From contig NIVC01000462.1 of NCBI GenBank assembly GCA_002269645.1, positions 277,516 to 341,515 of the forward strand: a stretch of 64,000 bases of DNA. The letters are read 5' to 3'. Shown here one piece after another: positions 12,843 through 26,279 of this stretch. Source of the DNA: Macrostomum lignano. Its lineage: Eukaryota. Under the pieces are notes generated by a model. That model was not told the origin of the DNA, searched no databases, and saw only the letters and a program-made list of their open reading frames with translations. Numbering within the stretch: position 1 is the first letter of the stretch; the number at the start of each line of letters is the position of its first letter. The position numbers were made by a program, and so were the translations under genes.

Positions 12843-13010
12843 GGCTGTAGCCTAGTGGTTAGAGCGTCGGACTCACGACTGAAAAGTGAGTCGACTCTCG
12901 ACTCACTCGGGACAATTTGTGTCCTTGAGCAAGAAGACACTTAATTCTGCATTTCTGCAGTTCACCCAACTGTAAAACGGGTGCCAGCATTAGCTGGGGT
13001 ATGAGGTGCA
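12843..13010 (+). mobile_element. tRNA-derived SINE, copy 1
   Basis: tRNA-like head ggctgtagcctagtggttagagcgtcggactcacgac (box A), then the core tgtgtccttgagcaag..acacttaa..tgc..gttcacc..gtaaaa.gggtgccagcattagctgggg shared with three other copies in the window. Confidence 0.75.
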
Positions 13011-15880
13011 GCCGTAAGCAGCCTTCAGCTGCGCCGAGCAATAGCTGCGGCTGAGCTGTCGGTTGCACATCTGACTATCAGCGAAGGTACAAGCAATTTT
13101 TACAACAATAGCAACAAAATACACCGAGTGGCCACAGAGAGGTGGAGATGTTAGAAGCCACGCCTTTGGGCCGCTCTTCTCAAAAAGTCTACTCCCCAGT
13201 CAGAGTCAAAATGAAGGCTCTCTCATCCCTCAGAAGCAGCTCAGAAGAGGTAGTTATTACTATTTACTAATATTCCAAAATTATTGCAATACTGTTTACT
13301 CTTAAGGAGGAGAACCTATAACATTAAAGCCACAGTTAGCGACCTATTCAGTCAGTGAATAGACAATAGTCGAAACTGAAATTGGAAGTGCTCTCGTTCT
13401 TTACTACTGACTATTAGTAAAGTCTATAACCAACTATAAATACTACATCCGGCTCTATAACCAAATAAAAAATATAGCATCACAACGAAGGAACATCTAT
13501 ACTAACTTAGCGCCTCAGGAATTCTAGAAACTTTTGACAGCTACAAGTCAATTAATGTCAACTCTGAAACGAAAGATAGGAACATTCGATCCGTTCTGCT
13601 ATTTCACTTAGTTAGGCTTCCAGGAAACAGTTTGTGATAGTTTCTTGATCTAACAAAGCTAAGCTGAGGGACTCATCATTGCTCAAACGAGCTCAAACTA
13701 AGATATCTAAGATTCTAAAATTTGCCGTATGCCGATAGAATTTTCAGTCGATAAAATATTCGTAATATCGTAGGTCTCATGTGTTTGATTTTGGAATTTT
13801 ATGAATAATTTAAATGACTTTCCCCTTCCTTAATGAAATAGATTCATAAACATAATGTGTGTTAATTTAAATACGAGTAAAATTTTCTAGGTTTTCTGTG
13901 CTCAAAATATTTTCTAAATGGAAAACACCTTGTAAATTTATTTCCTTATCTATTAGATTCCAGGAAAAAAATTTGGTGCCATTCCAAGCCAATTGTTTGT
14001 TTAACGGGCTTAAAATTCTGGGCTATTAAAATCCATTTGCTTCCTTCTACGAGCGTAGAAATAAATGGATTCTAACTTCCTGATATGGTTAACCAAACAT
14101 AGGATACTGCAACAACTTTACTCCTCTGTTCTCTTTGTTTGCTTTACGATAAATTGTGAAATGCATCGACGTCAGCCAGCAGGAAGTGAACAAAACGCCA
14201 CGTGCATGTCTGTCCTCGCCTGTTGGGTGACTGCACCGGCTGTCGGCCATACACTGAAGTTTTATGCTGGGTAGTTTCGATATAGATTATCTATTTATTC
14301 AATTGTCTACCGGTATCTCCGCTACCCAACCATACAATCCACAAATTCAGCTTATTGACGCAATACGACATGAGTGCAATAAAACAAAATAAAATACATG
14401 TAGCGTGCTTTCTGGCTTCCGCAGAAACTTTTTTCTTGAGCTAGCTAAGCTCGTACGTATAAATTGATGGACAAACAAGCGACACGAAATCTAGGAGTTT
14501 CTTCGATTTGTTTGCAAAGTAGGGATGCGAAAAAAGCTAGGAGTTATTTTGGAATTCAAGAATTTTGCCAAAGCCAAGAATTTACAGTCCATTACAGGCT
14601 GACATTGTGTCGGCTCGCTATGTAGTCGGATCCACATGCGTGTCCTACGAGCTACTAAAAAACGCATTAGATTGGAAAACTGGTACAGTGACTCGCGCTG
14701 CTACAAAACCTATTATGGCCGGCCTTACCATGATTTTAGAACACTAGCTAAATATAAAATACGGCTTTTCTTTCAAAAATACAAGCGGAGCTGCACCATT
14801 ACATTTGCCAGCCAGCACCGGGGTTGCAAGGGTGCGCCAAATTTTTTACTGCGAATTGGGACTGAGGGAGCGCAGCCCCCTAGCCCTATAGCCCCCTGGA
14901 TGCACCAGTAGTGCGTCAGGCCTGGACTCGCAAACAATCCAGTATTTGAAGCCCCAAGATTGAGTCGCTAAATCTACATGCGGTCATGAAGATGGTTGAG
15001 ACATTTTACTTTTTATAAAAAGTGTAGAAAATTCGTGTAAGGGAAACAGATGTGCTTCCGGTGCTCAAGGCTTGAGTTTGTTCCGAAGTTGAGTTGATTT
15101 GACCAAATCACCAACGCGCGACTGTATCGCTGGTCTATCTAAGAGACTTTTTGCGCCGTCGATGACTCACTCCAGCTGGCTGAGAAAATGTCACAGTTGA
15201 TAAGTGAACCCAGAGCTACTGCCATCAGCCTCTACAGGACGTCCTGCTGTTCACCTTGCAGACTTCATTTAGGCAGAGCTAACCTCAAACCAGTCGATAC
15301 GTGGGCTGCGTGCTATGCGACGACGGGCGGCCGACATCGTAGGCGAGTGGACTTCTCCTCGCTGCGGCGCGCCATCTGACTCACCCTGATCGCATAAACT
15401 AAGAACTTGTAAACAAGGGCGTTTTCTGTTGTTGGTAAACGTTGAAATATCAAGGTTTAATATATAGGACAAATTATTATGTCTTTAGGTTTAATATACT
15501 CGTATGATGACAAAAAAACCTCCTCAAGCCACTATCCTGCGTCCCAGATGCAGAGAAAATGATCGTGTTTATTGCGAAATTTATTGGGCTCTGCTTAGCT
15601 TTTTTTTTATATTGAGATCGGTTGTCAAACATTGGATAGCAGCATTAACTAACGAAGAATATTCGACTGTCGGCTCAGGCTTATGTAATTTATGAACTAC
15701 TTTAGCCAAGACTGGATCACTCTAACTGTCACGGGTCTTAAGCAATCTTACAGAGGTAGTAACTGTATGTATATCAATTTTAATTTTTCCGAAGTAAAAA
15801 ATATCTAATTTTTTATTGTTCATTGTTCGTCTTCTCCATGCCGACACCCTCTTGTCGCAAGACTCAAGTTAGTTTCGCGC

Positions 15881-16660
15881 TCAGCCACGCTGGTAGAGAG
15901 TCCAGTCGGGTCCGGTCAGGCTGGCTGGCGGGTAGGCGAACGCCAGCAGGTGGCAGGCGAGCAGCCGCTTCGAAAAAACGAAGGCCTGGTAGGCGGCTCT
16001 GGCGCTGCACCGGAGCAGGCAGTCCGCGACAGACTGGTCAACGGCCGGCCAGGACGAGGTTTTGGAGCTGTCGGTCTTGACGAAGAGGCTGTTGTCCTTC
16101 TGAACCAGGTAGTAACGGTCTAAAATAGAAATTTGCGAAACAAACACCGTTTTTCTGCTGTCTCTTTCATTAAGTCTTGAAATAATTTCAAGATGCCGCA
16201 AAATAGTTGATTGAAAATTATTTCAGACCATGGATTAATCAATCGCCCGTCACTTACTCGGGTAGCTAAGAGCGAACACCGAGTTGCGAGCTGGACCTCC
16301 GCATATTTGCTGCGAGTTTCCACTGCACGGTCTATTGCAGTCGCTCTCATTGCCTTTGCCCTGCGATCCGATTGAGTCGCCGCAAAAGCACTCACGACCA
16401 ACCTGCACCCCGAAGTACGAGAATCCGCCCAGAGAGCAGGCGCTGCTGCACAGCTCGAGAGTCATGCTTGCTCTTATGTGAGGGTCGCCTGACCGAACCT
16501 CAAACGGACCCAGCTGCGTGACTCCAGTCAGTCCGTCTAAGTCTCTGGCCTTGCCCGTGTAGTCCACGTAGCAACCCACGTAGGAGTAATTGACAAACCT
16601 GCAGGTCGCGCAGGTAAGCAGAGCGCCGAGTAAAATCGAAATTTGCGATAGTTGCTCCAT
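15881..16660 (-). CDS. Secreted WSC + PAN/apple-like protein, copy D (213 aa; exons 16258-16660 and 15881-16119)
   Basis: Close paralog of B (8 aa differences in the 134-aa exon 1). Phase-1 intron gtaagt...ttttag (138 nt); the spliced frame is open. The third PAN Cys is replaced (SARAAYQAF vs SARADCQAA). Flanks are also homologous to B. Confidence 0.82.
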
Positions 16661-17295
16661 GTGCTCTACGAGTATACTTTGGATATTTTACTGTTAATGG
16701 AATTAATCGAGTTTATAGCTTAGTAGGAAACCAATTGGCTGTTGATAATAGGCCAGCAACCAATCACATCGGTCGCGTGATTTCGCTAGTTTAATCCTGG
16801 ACGAATCCGATGCTAATCACACACAGCAGTTGGCTCAATACTGTAACAGTTATGCATCTGTTGTGCTCGGATTCTCTTGGCATATTGTCGGTTTCTCAGT
16901 AAAGCTGAGATTGCTAATTTTTATTTACCTACGATGGAAAATTACTGCAGCTTACAGTCGACACTCCCGATAAGATTTTCGATGAGTTATGGGAGTTGTG
17001 TTATTATTTTTCTGCAAAGTGATATTTGAGTTTTTATCTTAAATATTCTCACTAAAAACTTAAGATTTTTATTTTGAAATAGCTTGTGTCGACTTAACGC
17101 TTCTCTGGCATGACATTGGAATTAAGCGCACATGCAACGGACTTCAATGACTATACCTTTCCGGTTAAGTAGGTGACATGAGCTTTTACCTAGGGCGCAA
17201 CTTTTGAAACTAAAGTTTTCTTTTTCATTTTGGAGACTTCGGTTGAAATCGGCATTTGCTATCACAGCTGAAGACTGAGTTAGCTTATTGTAATT

Positions 17296-17990
17296 CAAAA
17301 GAACTCAAGCAGCTCAGTGTATATGTTAAAGCTTATAACAATTTTCTGGATCTATAGTTGCATGTAGTACCGGATACGGCAGATATACGGCAGTAAAGTT
17401 TTGCAGAGCCACTGAAACTTCCATTAGTTACGATTAGCTTCGATTTGCCGCATTTGCTGCTTCGAGTCTCTGGGCCAGGTGAAACACTACTTATCCGCTT
17501 CTGCAAAGAAGCAAGCACTGGCAGCAGAAGTTGCGGCAGACTTCATCCGGCACTGAATCTGCCTGAACGGAGGCCAAGTCTGATTACACAGCGACTTTGC
17601 TTACCTAAACGAGAGATAAAAGCGCTTAAAATGTTTGGGAAGTCGGGATCTTTGTAGCAAGACTGGCAGACTCCATCAATCTGGATATAAAACGTTTTAA
17701 ATTTTTAACAGAAAGAATGCACGACGCGCGTAGAGGCTACCCTAGCATTTTGGCTGTTAATGAAGTAATGGATCTGTGGAAGACTCATCCAGCATTAAGA
17801 GAGGCAGCTATCGACACAGCATTTGTACGACAATAATTCAAGTTAAAAATACCGTTTAAGGAAGAAGCTTCTTTCACTATCCACAGAATAATTGTCTCTG
17901 TTGAATGAACCCAGGCTAAAATTCACTTTTGAAAGTAAAACATTTGTAGGCAAAAACTCTTCATAGCAAATTTACAAAATGACTTTTGTT
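17296..17990. repeat. About 700-bp duplicated block, copy 1 (paired with 28635-29310)
   Basis: Highly similar direct copy starting caaaagaactcaagcagctcagtgtatatg; the ORF track shows near-identical short ORFs in both copies. Confidence 0.9.
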
Positions 17991-18147
17991 CAAATTACTT
18001 AATATGAAGATCTGATTCATGCCCTTTGACATCTCTGTCGGTAAAAACATTTTGCTCTTCATTGTACATGCACAAACGAGATTTCAATCTGATTACAGTA
18101 CGACAATCAATAGTTAAGACTCAATTAAACGGGTGGGAAGATTGTGC

Positions 18148-20545
18148 TTTCCGCGGATCAGCCCACCAGGGAAGGGCTCTGCCGCTGGATATTGTAGGGG
18201 CCATACTACCAGGGGCATAAAGCCTGAGAGGCCCAGATTGGGGCTGGGACTCGAGGCCTAGCTAAGAAACCTTATTGGATGCTACTAGCCCAATTTATGG
18301 GGACACCGCCAACCAAACAGTGGAATCAGGAGGACGGGTGCAAAGACTGATCCACCCAAGCCACCCCCAACGACAAGTCCCGAGTGTGCGCGAAAAAGAT
18401 AGGAATTAAAAAATTTTGGAAAATTTCTGGAAAGCGGTCCGAGAGCGGGAAACCTGAGTCTACAGAAATGGCTTTAAGATTGGAGCGAGTCTGGGCAGCT
18501 TATTTACCAAGGGCGAGTCTCCTATCAGAAGTAGGATCCGTGCAAAAACCCCTATAGGGCTGCAAGCCTCAAGGCTCAAGACCTCAAGACTACCCAACTC
18601 TAATAAGCCCAAGCCAAGGGGTTGGAGAGGAGCACCACAGAGCGAAGGGACACCGGACTCAGCCGGTATTCCCCGATTCAGGACGAAAATCTTCCCCCAG
18701 AACACCAATTCACTGTCAGTGATGAGAGCCTAGACACAATAAGCAGGGATACAACCAGAGAAGCCAGCAGATGGACCAAGGGAGCAGATGGAATCACAGA
18801 GGCGAGATCTATAAACTAATAAATTTACCAACAAAGCTACCAATTAGCCAACTAGCTAAAAGAGGGGGATAAACACAAAGATGCCACGAAAGCAGGAATA
18901 AAAGCAAAGGAGGAGGATCACACAACCTCTGGGGCTCAGCCTCAGGGCTGGCATCAACTGGGCTCTACCGTACACTTTTGGGAATAATCGTCTTTCTTGC
19001 AGGGCGGGTGCGACCGGGGGGCTCAGTCCCGTTCTAGCCACACTGCAGCCCAGAGTCACAATCACTCCAGGTACACCCCCTAACCCAAGGCCGATGGCCA
19101 ACAAATTGGAACTAAAGAAAGGTTGGGCTATTTTTAGATGTGTACATCACATCCGGTGAGGACACTTTTGGATTGGGCTAGCGAGAGCCTAGGCCAATTG
19201 GATTGCACACAACCCGAGAAATGCCGCCAGAGAGGCAGCCAGGGTAAAAACAGTCAGAGACCGTCTTTACGGCTGGGTAAAACACTGGGTTTGTTGTTGT
19301 TGTTAAACGGGGTTGGAAAGCCTAGGGGCCTACCGCGGATCAGCCCTAGAGGGGCTCTACCGCTGGATCTATTCTGTGGGCCATACTGCCAGGGGCATGT
19401 AGCCCGAGAGGCCACAATTGGGACCAGAGCTCAGGACTCTGGTGAGGGCTGGAGCATTGGTGCTACTAACCCAAGCCTATGGTACAAGGCAGCGCCAACC
19501 CAAAAGTGGAATCAGGGACGGTGCTGGGACCGAGTCCACCCAGGCCACCACCCAGCAGACAAGTCCTCGGGAGTGCGCAGAAAAAATTGGAGTTAGCGAA
19601 AAAAAGCTTTGGTTACTACTGAAAGCTACCAATAGCGGGGAAACCCAGAAGCAGGGACTACTCAAACGAAATGTTTTAGCAGTCCCTGCCCAGAAGTCTT
19701 GGAAAAGGGCTTAAATATTGGAGCGAGTCTGGAAAGCTTGTTTCCTAGGGCGAGACTCCAGGCAGGAAGCACAACTACCGGCTACAAACCCAAGGGTATC
19801 GCCTATCCAGCTCTATATTGGAGGCCAGGCCAAGGGGTCGGAAAGGGGCACAAGGAGCAAGAGGACCCGGACTCAGCCGGTATCCCCAAATCGGGCGAAC
19901 TCATTCCCCAGGACACCAATCCACTGTCAGGATGAGAGGCAGAGACACTTAGGCAGGGAGACAACCAGAGGAGCCAGCAGATGGACCAAGGACAGAGCGG
20001 GCAGGGAGGGCAGAGCTCATAACTCCGAAGAATTGGAGACAAACTAATGGCCAGATTAAAACAGGGGATAAAACCGCGCTGGGATGCCAGCTCAGAAAAA
20101 AAGAATGGCAGAAAGGAGGAGCACCTGAACCCAACCTAGCAGGCCTGCTACTTAACCTGCTGCCCGGGCTCAGCCTCAGGGCTGGCATCAACTAGGCTCT
20201 ACCGTACACCTTCGTGAATGGTCATTCTTTCCTGCAGGGCTGGTACGACCGGGGGGCTCAAGTCCCGTTCTAGCCACGATGCAGTCCAGAGTACGCACTC
20301 ACTCCAGGTACACCCCCCTAAACCAAGGCCGAGGGCCGAAATAATTGGAATGAAAAGTAGGGTTATTTTTAGAATGGGCACAGCCCCTCCGGGGAGGACC
20401 CTTAGAAAATTGGGCTAGCCGAAGCCAGGCCAATCGGATTGCGCACAACCCTAAGACAAGCTACCAGAGAGGCAGCCAGGGTAAAAACAGTCAGAGACCG
20501 TCTTTACGGTCTCTGGATAAAACACTGGGTTTGGTTGGTTGGTAA
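18148..20545. repeat. Two diverged head-to-tail copies of a GC-rich unit of about 1.19 kb (18148-19310; 19333-20545), unclassified
   Basis: Shared anchors gcggatcagccc..gggctct.ccgctggat, ggctcagcctcagggctggcatcaact.ggctctaccgtacac and agagaggcagccagggtaaaaacagtcagagaccgtctttacgg. Each unit ends in a (ttg)n or (ttgg)n tract. Confidence 0.8.
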
Positions 20546-21003
20546 ATTACGAAAGGGTCCTAGGGTTTACGGCAGCCCTGACTTTGTAATCGTCAGGCAT
20601 ATTCACTCTCTGTGCGTGTGGGTTGGTATGAATCGCCAATTTTCGTACACAAGCCCCAAAATGAATGTGGCCTGGTGTCAATTAAACAACGAGTATGATA
20701 ATTGGGGCAATTTGGGCTTTTACTTAATTAATAAGCTTGATAGGCAATTTCGAATGAAAAACTGATAACTACCAAAAAGAAAAGAAGGCGGGCATTGCAT
20801 GGTTTCAAAGCTGCCATTATTAATAAAACACGAAGCTGGCAAAAACTGTATTCATCATCTTCGCATCAGCTGTATGGCTCACTGATTGTTTCACGTTTAC
20901 TAATTTTAAGCTGGAATGCGATTCTGCAAACTTGATCAAACTTAGTAGAGTTTTAGGATTGATAAAAATTGCTGCTGTGAAGATGATAAGCCGCTCCTCA
21001 ATT

Positions 21004-21933
21004 ATTAGGGATGCGTGTCCACTCCCGTCAGTCAACTGTCCCGAGATGTCGCTCGATTGATTAGGGCCGTGTTCGCTCCCGTCAGTCAACTGTCCCGAGA
21101 TGTCGCTCGATTGATTAGGGCCGTGTTCACTCCCGTCAGTCAACTGTCCCGAGATGTCGCTCGATTGATTAGGGCCGTGTTCACTCCCGTCAGTCAACTG
21201 TCCCGAGATGTCGCTCGATTGATTAGGGCCGTGTTCACTCCCGTCAGTCAACTGTCCCGAGATGTCGCTCGATTAATTAGGGCCGTGTTCACTCCCGTCA
21301 GTCAACTGTCCCGAGATGTCGCTCGATTGATTAGGGCCGTGTTCGCTCCCGTCAGTCAACTGTCCCGAGATGTCGCTCGATTGATTAGGGCCGTGTTCAC
21401 TCCCGTCAGTCAACTGTCCCGAGATGTCGCTCGATTGATTAGGGCCGTGTTCGCTCCCGTCAGTCAACTGTCCCGAGATGTCGCTCGATTGATTAGGGCC
21501 GTGTTCGCTCCCGTCAGTCAACTGTCCCGAGATGTCGCTCGATTGATTAGGGCCGTGTTCGCTCCCGTCAGTCAACTGTCCCGAGATGTCGCTCGATTGA
21601 TTAGGGCCGTGTTCGCTCCCGTCAGTCAACTGTCCCGAGATGTCGCTCGATTGATTAGGGCCGTGTTCGCTCCCGTCAGTCAACTGTCCCGAGATGTCGC
21701 TCGATTGATTAGGGCCGTGTTCGCTCCCGTCAGTCAACTGTCCCGAGATGTCGCTCGATTAATTAGGGCCGTGTTCACTCCCGTCAGTCAACTGTCCCGA
21801 GATGTCGCTCGATTGATTAGGGCCGTGTTCACTCCCGTCAGTCAACTGTCCCGAGATGTCGCTCGATTGATTAGGGATGCGTGTTCGCTCCCGTCAGTCA
21901 ACTGTCCCGAGATGTCGCTCGATTGATTAGGGC
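21004..21933. repeat. 54-bp tandem repeat, about 17 near-identical units
   Basis: Unit CCCGTCAGTCAACTGTCCCGAGATGTCGCTCGATTGATTAGGGCCGTGTTC(G/A)CT, with no unique spacers. Confidence 0.97.
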
Positions 21934-22221
21934 CCACCGAACCCCTTAGATTGTTCAGGTTGAACTGAAAATTCAGGCTAAAATGTACTAAACTAGAGAT
22001 ATTAAAATATTCATAAACACTTAGTAGATCCTGAGCAGCTACTATTTACTTTGTACTTTTTGCTCGCAATAGGCGTCGGCAGTTTGCATTCAAATTCTTT
22101 ATTTTAAGCAGCGAAAAAGAAAGCGGAAAAGGAGGTGTAAAAGGAGGTGTATGAGTCCTGGGTCGGCTGACTCCGGTCCGCAGGTCTCATGCAGCTCGCA
22201 AAGAGCTGCGTTTTCTCAGCC

Positions 22222-22289
22222 AAGTCTTTGACTCCGCCAGTGAAGTCCACGTAGCAGCCAACGTAGGAGAAGCGGACGACCCTGTATGC
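22222..22289 (-). pseudogene. Orphan fragment E of a WSC exon (C/H subfamily)
   Basis: Reads AYRVVRFSYVGCYVDFTGGVKDL vs copy C ACRVVRFSYVGCYVDLNGGVRDL; no flanking exon sequence is retained. Confidence 0.75.
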
Positions 22290-24839
22290 CATTTCTCATT
22301 ATCTGCAGTCAGTCGATGGCTTTGCCGTTACTCTCAGGAGAGGAAAAGCCTGACGCTAATTTTGCCCTGTTAAATAGCTCGCACTAGCGGTGGAAATTCT
22401 AAATAGACTGCATGATTTCTTCCGTCCAATTGCACGTCTTGTTGGGGGAAGCGAAGCCATTCCCTTCAATTTTCTGTCATTCCATCAGCCTATCAGCAAG
22501 TTGATGATCAGTAAAAGTTGTGAAAACAGCCGTAAGAAATAAATTTAACAAACTAACTTAAAGTTCAATCCCGTAATCGTCCTTGTAGGACCTGCAAATT
22601 TTTATTTGAGTTTATCATCAACTCTCCAGAGCAGAGTAGTTACCAGTTTAGCTAAGCAGATAGTTTAGCTAAGCAGATTGCTTTGAAAGGGGCAATGTGC
22701 TCTCAAATATTTCTCATAAAGCACTAACATACTGTGTGGAATTTTTTATTTCTCGCCTTGACAACAAACATGAAAACAAAAATTCACACACTCCCATCAT
22801 ATTTATATTTTGATTTGAAGAATATTTTAATGATTTTTTTTACCAGACCAGAAATCCGGAAGTCGAGTCCCTTTTCATCAACTTTAAAAATTTAATTAGC
22901 TGGCTCAAATGACTCATAGATTCGCTACTTTCTACTTCTAGTAGTTAGCATAGCATTTAAGCTGCCGGCATGATGAAATGAATCCCATTTCAAAATTAGC
23001 TATCTACGCTGTGTTCAGCGCAATATTTGAAGGCTTGCGGATGCGAGAAATGTTGGCTTTTTTCTGGCAAATAGGAGAGCATGACCAGATAATTTTCGCA
23101 TCCCGTCGAAATCACTGCCGATATCCTTGTCTGACCAGATAATTTTCGCATCAGGCTGCGAATCTTGTTTACTGACAATATTCAGAGTAATTCAGTGTTC
23201 TCTTGTATTCTATGAGGGTCTATAGACGCTCATATGGGTTGAAGTGTTATCTAGTCTTTTTCGACGCTTACAACATGAAACTGCCCACCGTGTTGTTTGG
23301 TACAACTGGATGTCTAGACTGAGACTGTTGCATGATTCCAAAAAGCTTGAACTGGTCAAGTGCTCAAAACAGCCAGCTTTGTCACTACGAACGTGTTAAG
23401 GAAGACGCAAATCCGACTCCTGCCGGTACGTGCTCCATTGGGTTACCTAAGGTGTTAGCAGCTTCGCTTTAGACAGTTCGATGCTGGAGTAGTCACTTTT
23501 ATTAGTAGTATTCGACTACGCTAGTCAATAAATCCGAGTGGTGATGAAGCCTCGATCAGAACTCCGCCAAAGCCGGGCCCAAGCCCGGCTCATAAAAGAG
23601 AGACGGAGAGCTGTGGAAGAGAGAGTACACATCCCACCGTCCCCATGATATAAAAACCTGCTCAACGTCATTGTTTGTTTTTATTCATTTTTGAAAAAAT
23701 TATTTTGTACTGTTAACCTTGGTTTAGGTGGCTCGATGTTAAATTATTTTACTATAGCATTAGTGTCGGTCAGTGTACATTTAATAGGACACAGTGTAAC
23801 CCTGGGTTGCGTGTGTACGTTACGGAGGACTGTCGCAAATAGTTGCAAATCAGATAAATATACGCGTCTCGGCTTGTAAGCCGGCACATTTGCTAGTATT
23901 GACAAAACTACGCGTTGTCAAGTCTTCACAGCATCCTATCCACGTTTTTCTACGTAGAAAGTTCAATCATACGGAGGCCCCAAGGCAGTGACTCATTTTT
24001 CTTTCGTTTTGTTCAGTAGTTTTTCGTTGTCAAAAGTTGTGCCTTTTATTTATAGACCATTTTGAAGAACTTTCGATTGATTTTATTCGAGAACATTCAG
24101 GAAGCATGCGCGCTGAAGATCATATTGCCTAATTATTTATATTGCCTAAAGTGTTGTTCAGGCGGAAATTTCTGGGAGGCTGGATGCAATAAATCTTGTT
24201 ATTACGAGATCTAGCCAGCGAATCTTGTCCTGAATCTTGTGAATTTCGGCTCACTTTAAACACTGGCCTCAGCAAATATGTTAGGCTTGAGCTCAACCAC
24301 TCTGACTGCTGCGAGGTACAAACTACGGCTTCATATTCTTGATTCTTACAAGACAATGTAACGGAAATCGTTTTGTCTTCGTTCGCAGTCTTCGTCTCTC
24401 TGTCAATCAAGCCGCGCGAGAGAAAAAAAGTTATTCCCAGGAAGCTGGGAAGCTGATGCCGATTCTACAGGCTTTCCTCCATTGCATCTTTGCGACAGAA
24501 ACGGGCATTGTTTGCCCAAGCTAAAAATAATTTTAATCACTACGTGGCCGTGGCTGAACGAAGGAAGCAGCACTTCCTCCTATTTCCACTTCCTCTCGCA
24601 TTCGAGCGTAGAGTCGGAGAGCTTGAACTGGTGAGGTTTCTTCTGGCGCCAGCAACTTTTCTTGGCTCATTCGTTCCGATCTGGTAGCGATACCTGTGGC
24701 AGACAGGTTGTGTTAAAACCGTTTGATTTATTCTGCAGATTCTTTTTAAAAATTTTTTAGGCATTAAAATTGGCTTTGTGTATTTTTACTTCTTCATCAA
24801 ATACTCAGTGAGTTTTTTTTAAGCAGGCAACTTTTCTTT

Positions 24840-24943
24840 AATAAGATTAGAGAGACAAAGCCGACGAAGTTTTATTCGCCATCGGTATCGACAAATACTC
24901 AAAAAATAAATTTTTCTTGTCGGCTTTGTCTTTCTAATCTTAT
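24840..24943. mobile_element. Short MITE-like hairpin
   Basis: Inverted repeat of about 25 bp, ataagattagagagacaaagccgac ... gtcggctttgtctttctaatcttat, around a spacer of about 55 bp. Confidence 0.5.
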
Positions 24944-25732
24944 CAGTGGGTTTTTGCTAAGATGTCAGAACGGAATCTTAAACATTAATTATCTCTGTGG
25001 GAAGTCATGAAAATTCAAGGTTAATTAAGTAATTATTGAAATGCTCTGGCTCATGGTGGAACAGCCAAGATTTCAAGGCTCAATGGGGGGGGACAAAAGC
25101 CATCCATAATGCCTGGTGGCCGTCGTTCAAAGATAAGCAAGGTTTGCAGGATTCCCTATGTTTGGATTAGTGTTGGGTTCTATTATTTAGTATGCAAATA
25201 GAAATAGAATTTTCTATTTCACGGCTGAAAGCAGTTTTCACAGCTACGAGTATTAGCCATCAAGAATTCAAATGTATTCAGAATTCGAACAGAGCTATTT
25301 ATCCAAGTAAGCCTCATTCGAACCATTGAATTTTAACCATAAATCGTCTTGACCAAACGTTTTGTATGTTTTTATACAATCAATTGCTTCTGAATCACGA
25401 CAATTCTTGTTAATTGCGCTTCCGATTCTCAAATTATTCAGCAGAAAGCTTAAAGATGTTCTTTTACTATTTGGCGGCTAAAGAGCTGCAGGGTTCAAAA
25501 ATTAAGCCATGCTAAATTAGCATTTGTTCAAGTCATTGTCCTGCATCCTTTTTGTTTTTTGGTTGAAAGGAAAAGTGGCTACAGCTTCGGGGCTGTCTGG
25601 GTTCAGAAACCAATATCAGGTAAAAAGACAACTACGTGAAACAATTCAATGCCAGTTGTCAATATCAAATATCTAATTCACATGCTTGACAAAATATCGG
25701 TTCATGTATTTCGATACTAGTGTTGCGTATTA

Positions 25733-25800
25733 GGGGGCCGTAGCCCAGCGGTAGCGCAGCTGCTCTGGTGTGCCAGCGACCCAAGCTCGATTCCAAGTCC
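25733..25800 (+). other. tRNA-like sequence (tRNA pseudogene or head of a second SINE family)
   Basis: ggggccgtagcccagcggtagcgc...gctcgattcc resembles tRNA box A/box B, but the T-loop is degenerate and I could not build a full cloverleaf. Confidence 0.4.
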
Positions 25801-26279
25801 AGTCACATTAATTTGGGGCTGAATTGGAATCTTGGCTTGGCTCTGCTCGTGCAATTAACCGCCTTGAGGGCCAACCCCCCAAGGCGCAGTGAAGTGTACA
25901 TGCCTAACTATAATATAAAGTTAGGGCCGCTGTACACTCCTGTGTGAGTGTGTGCCTGCGTACGTATCCGTGTGATTGTATGCCTGCTCAGGGGAGTCGG
26001 CGGAATGGGCAGTAATGCCTCTCGCCGGTTGTGTGCCAATGTCGCTGAAAGTGCGCCAGGATGCACACAACCCCCTGCCTCTAATAAAAAAAGTGTTGCG
26101 TATTTCAAAGATATCATGCATCTGAATTTCTCAACCAAAAGAACGATTTCAAGGATTGCAGAAAGATTAATTGGATGCAAAAACGGATACTTCAAAACGT
26201 TATTTTACGGAACTGTTTATTGCCAAATCGTTCTCAGGCTGTTTGGCCTCGAAGCCGCGCTTGTCCGTCCTTGCAAGAC

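Noticed and set aside
21004-21933. CRISPR-like array
   Set aside because: Units are contiguous with no unique spacers, there are no cas genes, and the context is eukaryotic.
23050-23330. APE endonuclease remnant (VYRP...GSDFD)
   Set aside because: Motifs are too degenerate and interrupted to support a call.
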